A stretch of 64,000 nt of DNA from Rhizobacter sp. (GTDB taxonomy: Bacteria > Pseudomonadota > Gammaproteobacteria > Burkholderiales > Burkholderiaceae_C), in NCBI GenBank assembly GCA_021153565.1, contig JAJKJU010000176.1:1128-65127 (forward strand), in the 5' to 3' direction. This document shows positions 20,401-29,400 of this stretch, one piece after another; positions within the stretch are counted from its first letter, which is position 1, and each line of letters starts with the position of its first letter. The translations under genes were made by a program, and so were the position numbers. The notes under the pieces are model-generated. The model made no database searches. It had not been told where the DNA came from and was given only the letters and a program-made list of their open reading frames with translations.

Positions 20401-23400
20401 CGCCGCCTCGAAGGGGCCATGCCGCTGGCGCTGCACACCGATCACCCGCGGCGCGCCGCGCACGCGGTGCATGGCCGCAGCCGTGCCACCGCGCTGCCGG
20501 TGGCGCTGGGCGAGGCGCTGCGGCGCTTCTGCGAGGCGCAGGCGCTCTATCCGTCGACGGTGTTCCTGGCGCTGTTCCAGGTGCTGCTTCGCCACTACAC
20601 GCAGCAGGAGGACGTGGTGGTCGGCATGCCGGCCAGCGGCCGGCCCGGCCCGCGCTTCGAACGCACCGTGGGCTACTTCGTGAACATGGTGCCGGTGCGC
20701 AGCCAGGTGGCCGCGGAGCTTGGCGTGCAGGACTTCTGCCGCGCGTTGCAGCGCCAGCTGGCGCAGGACCTGGCCTGCGCCTATCCGCTGCCGGCGCTGG
20801 TGCGCGAGCTCGGCCTGGCACAGGCCGACGGCAGCGCCCCGCTGTTCAACGTGGCCTTCATGGTGCAGGACTGGCACGAGGACCGCTCCTCGGCGGCCGC
20901 TCGATTCGAGCACCTGCCGGGCGTGCAGCAGCAGGGCGAATACGACCTGGTGCTGGAGGTGGTGCTGCCGGCCCAGGCCTCGCAGCCCATCGTGCTGAAC
21001 TGGAAGTACGACCCTGGACTGTTCGAGGACGAGACGCTCGCGCGCCTGCACCGGCATTTCGCCGTGCTGCTGGAGATGGTCATGCAGCGGCCGGACACGC
21101 CGGTCGCCGCTTGCGAACTGGTGTGCGCCGAGGAACGCCTGGGACTGGTCCGCGACCGGAATCGCACCGAGGTCGCCTACCCCGCCCACATGACGACGGC
21201 TTCCCTGTTCGCGGCCCAGGCGCAGCGCACGCCGCAGGCGCCGGCGATCGTCTTCGGGGAACAGGCGCTGCGCTACGGCGAGCTGCACGCACGAGTCGAG
21301 CGGCTGGCGGCGGGGCTGCGCCGGCGCGGCGTCGGGCCTGGTCGCCTGGTGGCCGTGTGCATGGAGCGCTGCACCGACCTCGTGGCAGCCCTGCTCGGCG
21401 TGCTCCAAGCCGGCGGCGCCTACATTCCGCTGGACCCGGGCTACCCGCGCGAGCGGCTGGTCGACATCCTCGGCGACGCGCGACCGCAGGTGGTGCTGAC
21501 GCAGCAGGCGCTGCAGGCGTCGGTGCGCGGCATGTGCCGGGACGCGATGGACGGCCGTGACGACGTGGTCGTGGCGATGGATGGCGAGTGGATCGAGCCT
21601 GCGTCGCAGGCAGGCACGGACGCCCGACTGGCGGCCACGCCCGACGATCTGGCCTATGTGATCTACACCTCCGGCAGCACCGGGCGCCCCAAGGGCGTGA
21701 TGGTGTCGCACCGGGCGCTGACCAACTTCCTCTGCTCGATGGCCCGCGAGCCGGGCCTGGCGGCCACGGACCGCTTGCTGGCGGTGACAACCCACAGCTT
21801 CGACATCGCGGCGCTGGAGCTGTTCCTGCCGCTGGTCGCCGGCGCGGTGTGCCACATCGCCGACGCCGCGACGGTGAAGGACGCACAGCGTCTGAAGTCG
21901 CTGGTGGAGGCGGTGCGGCCGACCGTCATGCAGGCCACGCCGTCGGCCTGGAGCATGCTGTTGCATGCCGGCTGGCGCGATGGGCAGGGCCTGCGCATCC
22001 TCTGCGGCGGCGAGGCCATGAGCGAGCCGCTGAAGGACCGGCTGCTCGCCACCGGGGCCGAGGTGTGGAACATGTTCGGGCCCACCGAGACCACGGTGTG
22101 GTCGCTGGTGGAGCGCGTGCAACCCGGCAAGCCGGTGAGCATCGGCACGCCGATCGCGAACACCCGCGTCTACGTCGTCGACCCGCAGGGCCGCCTCAGC
22201 CCCAGCGGCGTGCCGGGCGAACTGTGCATCGCTGGCGACGGCCTGGCGCGCGGCTACCTGAATCGGCCGGAACTGAGCGCCGAGAAGTTCTGCGCGGATC
22301 CTTTCGTGCCCGGTGCGTCGATGTACCGCACCGGCGACCTCGTGCGCTGGGCGCCCGACGGTTCGCTGCAATACCTGGGGCGCATGGACAGCCAGGTGAA
22401 GGTGCGGGGCTTCCGCATCGAGCTGGCCGAGATCGAGACGCTGCTGCTGGCCCACCCTGCCGTGCGCGACGGCGCGGTGGTGGCCAGGGCACAGGGAGAG
22501 AACAAGCTGCTGGTGGCTTACTACACCCCCGAGGGCGATGGCGCGGACGGCGCGCAGGCCCTGCAGCAGCACCTGGCGGGCCGGCTGCCCGACTACATGG
22601 TGCCTGCCTTCTTCATCCAGTTGGAGGCGCTGCCGTGCACGCCCAACGGAAAGGTCGACCGCAAGTCCTTGTCGGAGCGGCCGCTGCGCCTGCACGGCGA
22701 CGCCGACGCGCCGGCTTCCACGCCGGCACCGATGGCGCCGGCCGCAGCGGTGGCCCTCGACGAGGTGCTTGGGCTCTGGCGCGAGGTGCTGATGGTGGAG
22801 GACATCCGTGCGTCCGACGGCTTCTTCGATGCCGGCGGCAGTTCGGTGCTCGCCGCCGTGCTGGCGGAGCGGATCGCGCAGCGCTTCGGCGTGGTCTTCA
22901 CCGCGACCGACGTTTTTCGCCATCCCACCGCGGCCCAGGTGCACGCGCGGCTGAACGCCTTGCGCGCCGTGCCGGCAGCGGCCTGCCGGACGGCGCCGGC
23001 CGCGCGGGCCAGCGTGCCCTTTGCGCAGGAGCTGCAAAGCACGCAGGGCGCACCGGGGATGCAAGACGCGCAGGGTGCGCGGGCCCCGGCGCACGCCTCG
23101 GGCGCCGCAGCCGATGCATCCGCGACCGGCCTGCAAGGGGCCGTCGCGATCGTCGGCCTGTCGTGCGAGGTGCCGGGGGCGCGCAACCATCGGGCGTTCT
23201 GGCGCAACCTGCTCGCCGGCCACGAGAGCGTGACGCTCTACACCGCGGACGAATTGCACGAACGCGGGGTCGCGCCCTGGCTGGCGGCGCATCCGCGCTT
23301 CGTGCCGGTGCAATCGACGATGGCCGGCAAGGCCTTCTTCGATGCCGAGTTCTTCGGCATCTCGGCGCGCGATGCCGAGCTCATGGACCCGCAGGCCCGG

Positions 23401-26400
23401 CTGCTGCTGCAGAACGCGTGGAAGGCCGTGGAAGACGCGGGCTACCTGGCCGAGGACATCGCCGACGCGGCGGTGTACCTGTCGGCGTCCAACTCGCACT
23501 ACCTCGCGCCGCTGGTCCACGACCTGCAGCACAAGGATTCCGAGACGCTGGTGCGCTTCATGCTGTCGCAGCCGGGCACCTTTGCGGCCATGGTCTCGCA
23601 CCATTTGCGCCTCAAGGGCCCGAGCCTCTTCGTGCACAGCAACTGCTCGTCCTCGCTGGCCGCGCTGGCGCTGGGCTGCCAGGCCATCGCGTCGGGCCAG
23701 GTGCGGCATGCGCTGGTCGGCGGGGCCAGCATCTACGCCCACGACAGCATCGGCTACCTGCACGAGGAGGGCATGAACCTTTCGGCCGACGGCCACTGCC
23801 GTGCATTCGACGCGCAGGCCAGCGGCATGGTGGGGGGCGAGGGCGTGGCCGTCGTGCTGCTGAAGGACGCCGCCGCGGCGCTGGCCGACGGCGACGCCAT
23901 CTACGCCATCGTCCGCGGCGCCGCGATCAACAACGATGGCGGTGACAAGGCAGGGTTCTATGCCCCCAGCGTGGCCGGCCAGACGGCGGTGATCCGCTCG
24001 GCGCTGGCCCGCGCCGGCGTGGACGCGTCCACCGTGCAGTATGTCGAGGCCCATGGCACCGGCACGCGGCTGGGCGACCCCATCGAGGTCAGTGCGCTGG
24101 CCGAGGCCTATCGCGATGCGCGGGCCGTGGGGCTGGGTTCGGTCAAGAGCAACCTCGGCCACCTGGACGCGGCGGCCGGCCTGGCCGGCCTGGTCAAGTG
24201 CGCCTTGGCCTTGCGCGAAGGGCAGGTCCCGCCGTCGATCCATTTCCGCACGCCCAACCCGCAGGCGCGCTTCGAGGCCACGCCGTTCCAGGTGCTGGAC
24301 CGGGTGACGCCTCTGCGCAGCGATGGCGGCCCGGCGCGGGCCGCGGTGAGTTCCTTCGGCATCGGCGGCACCAACGTGCATGCCGTGCTGGAGGCTGCCC
24401 CCGCTGTGGGCGGCGGCGCGCAGGCTGGCGGTGCCCGGCTGGTGCCGCTGTCGGCCCGCAAGCCGGCCAACCTGCGGTGCATGGCCCGCGAGCTGGCCGA
24501 TGAGCTGCAGCGTGGCATGGACAGCGGCACGGCGCCTCGTTTGGCGGACGTGGCCTTCACCTTGCAGGTGGGCCGCCTCGCACAGCCGGTGCGTGCGGCC
24601 TTCGTGGTGCACGAGCTGCCCGAGCTGGTCGCGGCGCTGCGTGGACTGGCCGGCGGGCATGACGCCATGGCGCCGCCGCAGTCGCTGGCCGAGGCCGGCC
24701 TGCTCGACGACGAGGACCGGCAGCAACTGGTTCAGCGCTGGATATCCGCAGGCCGGCTCGACAAGCTGGCGCGCTTCTGGCAAGCCGGCGGCACCGTGCA
24801 CTGGGCCCGCCTCCATGGGCCGCATGATCGCCCGCGCCGTGTGAACCTGCCGGCCTACGCCTTCAGCGAGGACGCCCACTGGATCGCCCGCGAGGTGCAG
24901 CCTGTGTCGGCCGCCCAGGACACCATGGTGAAGCCCTCGGAGGCAACCCTGTTCGAGGAGCGCTGGGTGGAGGCACCCTTGCCCGAGGGCGTGCAGGTGG
25001 CCGCCGCACAGGGCCGCCGCGAGCGCATCGTCTGCCTGTTCGACGACGCGACCGGGCGGCAGCACCTGCGCCAGGCGTTGCAGGCCTTGAATCCGCAGGC
25101 CGAACTGCTCTTCCTCGCGCAGGATCCGTCAGCGGGCGCCGAGGCGGGATGCCTCGCCGTCGAAGGCGGCGAGCACGGGCTGGACACGGCGCTGCAGACC
25201 GTCGCCCGCGACGGTGCGCAGGTCGATGCCGTCTATTGGCTGGGTCCCGTCCAGGATGCCGGCTGCCTGCACGACCTGGCGTTCCCGGGCGTGCTGTTGC
25301 GCGCATTGCAGCGCGCCGGGCTCTCGGCCGGCCAGGTGCTGCTGGCCGGCAGCTTCACCGATGCGGTCGAGCAGGCGCTGCTGGATGCGCTGGTCGGCTA
25401 TGAGCGCTCCGTCGCCCGGGCGTGGCCCGGGAGTGTCGTGCGGGTGCTCATGCACGCCGGCACAGCCACGCCCGAGCAATGGGTTCATCTCCTGCACCGC
25501 GAGCTACACCATGGAGGGCACGCCAGCGTGATGGTGCGTGACGGGCGCCGCCTGGCCTGCCGGGTGAGGCCGATGGACGGCGCCGCGCCGGGCACCGGCT
25601 TCGCGTTCAAGCGGGGCGGCACCTACGTGGTCACCGGCGCCTTCCGCGGCCTCGGCCGCCGGGTGGCCGAGCACCTGGCGCGCCGCTACCAGGCAAAGCT
25701 GGTTCTGCTGGGCCGGTCGGTGCCGGGCGAGAAAGAGCTCGCCTGGATCGCCGGGTTGGCCGACGCGGGCTGCGAGGTGCAGCACGCCTCGGTGGACGTG
25801 GCGGACCTGCAGGCCTTGCAGGCGGTGCATGCCGCGCTGCCGCCGGCCTGGCGACAGGTCGACGGAGTGCTCCACGTCGCCGGCGTGGACCAGCCGGCCT
25901 CACTGCTGGAGCAGGATGCCGCGGCGTTCGAGCGCGTGCTGCGCCCCAAGGTGCCGGGCACGCTGGCCCTCGAGCGCGTGTTCGGCGCGCAAGGGCAGGC
26001 CCTCATGTGCGCCTTCTCGTCGTCGGCTGCCGTGCAGGGCGACTTCGGCGGCTGCGACTACGCCGTCGCCAACCGCTTCCAGTGGGCCTATGCCAGGGCC
26101 CTGCGCGAATGGCAGGGAGAGGGCAGCCGCATGGTGGCCATCGGCTGGCCGCTGTGGGAGGAGGGCGGCATGGGCGCGGCCACGCGCCAGCGCCTGCAGC
26201 CACAGGCGCTGCAGGCCTACCTGGCCGCGAGCGGCCAGGCCCCCTTGCCGACCCGCACCGCGCTCGCGCTGCTGGAGCGCCTGCTGGGCGAGGGCCATGT
26301 GCAGCCGCTGGTGATCAACGCCGACCCGGTGCGTGCCGGCGCGCTGCTGAAATCCACTGGCGGGATGGCACCTGCCGTGGCCGGACCAGCCGTGGCGGCG

Positions 26401-29400
26401 CCCGTCGGCGATCCCCTGCAGCAAGCCCTCGCGGCCGAACTGCATTCGCTCGCGCAGCAGCTGCTGAAGCAGCCGGAACAGGCGCTGGACGAAGACCGTC
26501 CGTTCGTCGACCTGGGCTTCGATTCGATCCGCCTGATGCAGCTGGCCACCCGGATGTCCGAACGCCTGGGCGTGAAGCTGCTGCCGGCGCTGTTCTACGA
26601 CCACCCCACCATCGGCCAGATCGCTGGCCACGTGGCCGCGGTCCACGCCGAGGCGCTGGCCGCCCGGTGGCCGGCGGCGGCATTGCGCGCGCCGCAGGAG
26701 CCGGCTTCGGCGCCCGCCGGGGCGGGGCAGGACGGCACGGCGCCGCCCGCGCCGGCCTCATCGCCTTCCAAGGAGCACGCGACGGCCCTGCATGAGCCGA
26801 TCGCCATCATCGGCATGAGCGGCCTGTTCCCGCAGGCGGATTCGGTGCCGGCGTTCTGGCAGATGGTTGCCGGGCAGCAGCACGCGGTGGGGCCGGTGCC
26901 CGCGGCCCGCTGGGGCTGGCATGCGGCCGACAGCACGTCGGAGCTGCGGTGCCGGTGGATGGGCTGCCTCGATGCGGTCGACGCCTTCGACGCGCAGTTC
27001 TTCGAGATCGCGCCGAAGGAGGCCCGCGTCATGGACCCGCGCCAGCGCCTGCTGCTGCAGGAGGCCTGGAAGGCGCTGGACGATGCGGCCCTCGGGCCGC
27101 AGCTGCTCGGCGAGCGGCGCGTCGGCGTCTTCGTCGGCGTGGAGCAGGGCGACTACCAGTACCTGGTGCAGGACGGCGGCAACGTCACCTCCAACCATGA
27201 CGGGGTGCTGGCGGCCCGGCTGTCTTACTTCCTCGACTTCAAGGGGCCGGTGATGGCCCTCAACACCGCGTGCTCCTCGGGCCTGGTGGCCTTGCACCAG
27301 GCGTGCATGAGCCTGCGCCAGGGCGAGTGCGACATCGCCGTCGTCGCCGCAGCCAACCTGCTGTGCACGCCCGGCGCCTTCGTGGCCATGGATCGGGCCG
27401 GCATGCTGTCACCCAGCGGCCGCTGCCGCACCTTCGACCGCCACGCCGACGGCATGGTGCCCGGGGAGGCCGTGGTGGCGCTGGTGCTCGAGCCGCTGGC
27501 CCGGGCCCAGGCCGAAGGCGACCCGGTGCACAGCGTGGTCGTCGCCAGCGCCATCAACTGCGACGGCCGCACCAACGGCATCACCGCGCCCGCCGGCCCG
27601 GCGCAGCAAGCGCTGCTGGAGGACATCTACGTGCGGCAGGGCGTGGACCCTGCCGGTATCGGCCTCGTGGTGGCCCACGGCACCGGCACCCGGCTGGGCG
27701 ACCCGGTGGAGGTGCAGGCGCTGAACGCGGTGTTCGGTCCGCGCATGCCGCCCGGCGCCCGCTGCGCGCTGGCATCGACCAAGACGCACGTCGGCCACAC
27801 CTTCGCCGCCTCCGGGCTGGTGAGCCTGGCCGCGCTGTCGCAGGCGCTTGCGCACGGCGTGTTGCCCGCCAGCCTGCATTGCGAGGAGGAGAGCGACTAC
27901 ATCGAGTGGCGCGACAGTCCGTTCTACGTGAACAAGAAGGCCGGCCCCTGGCCGACGGCTGCGGGCCGGCGCCGCATGGGCGGTGTCAGCGCCTTCGGCA
28001 TGAGCGGCACCAACGCGCACGTGGTGCTGGCCGAAGCGCCGGCACCTGCGGCCCTGGCCGCTGCGGCAGCGTTGCCGGCGTACCTGCTGCCGGTGTCGGC
28101 CAAGACCGAGGCCGCCCTCGAACGCGCGCTGGCACGGCTGGCCGGCTGGCTGCAGGAGACGGCGCTGCGCGACGAGGACCTGGCGCGTTTGAGCCATACC
28201 TTGTGGCATGGGCGCCATCACTTCCGCCATCGCAGCGCGATCATCGCCTCCAGCGTGCCGCAAGCGCTGCAGCGCTGGTCGGACCTGCGCGCGGGCCAGG
28301 ACGATGCCGGGTGCTTCCGGGCCTCGGTGGACCGGTCCTTCAAGCCGAGCGCGGCGTCGCACGAAGCCGTCGATGCCCTGCTGGCGCAGGCCGGCGCCGG
28401 TTCCCTGCCGCGGCCCGCCCACGAGGCGGCCCTGGCGGAGCTGGCGCGCTGGTACGTGCAAGGCCATCCCATCGATGCGGCGCGGCTCCATCCTGGCCGT
28501 CCGCTGCGCTTGCGCCTGCCGGCGTATCCGTTCGCGGCGGACCGGCACTGGGTCGACGACCGCTTGCAGGCGACCCGGGACGCAGCAGCCCCGGCCACCG
28601 CTGCCGATGCGGCGCTCGGCCACAGCCAGCCCGCTGCCGTGCAGGCCGACAGCCGGGTCGCGTCGAAGCAGCCGTTGCAGCGGCGGCCCACGCCGCACGC
28701 AGATGAATCGGCGCCCATGCCGCAGGCCGGCAAGCCCGCGCGCCAGCCGTTGACCCTTGCCGACCCTGCGACCAGCGACTGGCCTGCGCCCTCGGGCGCG
28801 GCTGCGCCGGGGGCCAAGCCCACAGGCATCGGCCTTTCACCGCTGCCCGAGGCGCCAACCCTCACGGGCGGTGCGCTGCGCCCGCACGATGTGCTGGAGG
28901 ACCTGAAGTCGGCGGCCGACATCGGCTTCGGCGGCATGGTCGCCACGCTCAACCGCACCGGCGTGATGGTGGAGTGCCTCATCCCGTATTCGTCGGACTT
29001 CGCCGACTACGCCGGGCACGGCGACGCCGAGGTGCTGGACCTCGGATGCGCCTACGGCGTCGCGACCATCGCGGCGCTGGAGTGCGGCGCCCGGGTGATG
29101 GCGGTGGACATGGCGCAGGCCCACCTCGACATCCTGGCGCAGCGCGTCAGCGACGAGGCGCGGTGTCGCCTGTCGCTGATGCAGGGCGTGCTGCCCGACA
29201 TCGACTTCGAGCCGGGGCGCTTCGCGGCGATCCACGCCAGCCGCGTCCTGCACTTCCTGCGCCCGCAGGATGTGCAGCTGACGCTGCGCAAGATGTTCAG
29301 CTGGCTCAAGCCGGGCGGGCGCATCTTCCTCAGCTCGGACTCGCCGTACTTCGGCTACTGGGCGGCCAAGGCGACGGAGTACGAGCAGCGCAAGCGCCAG

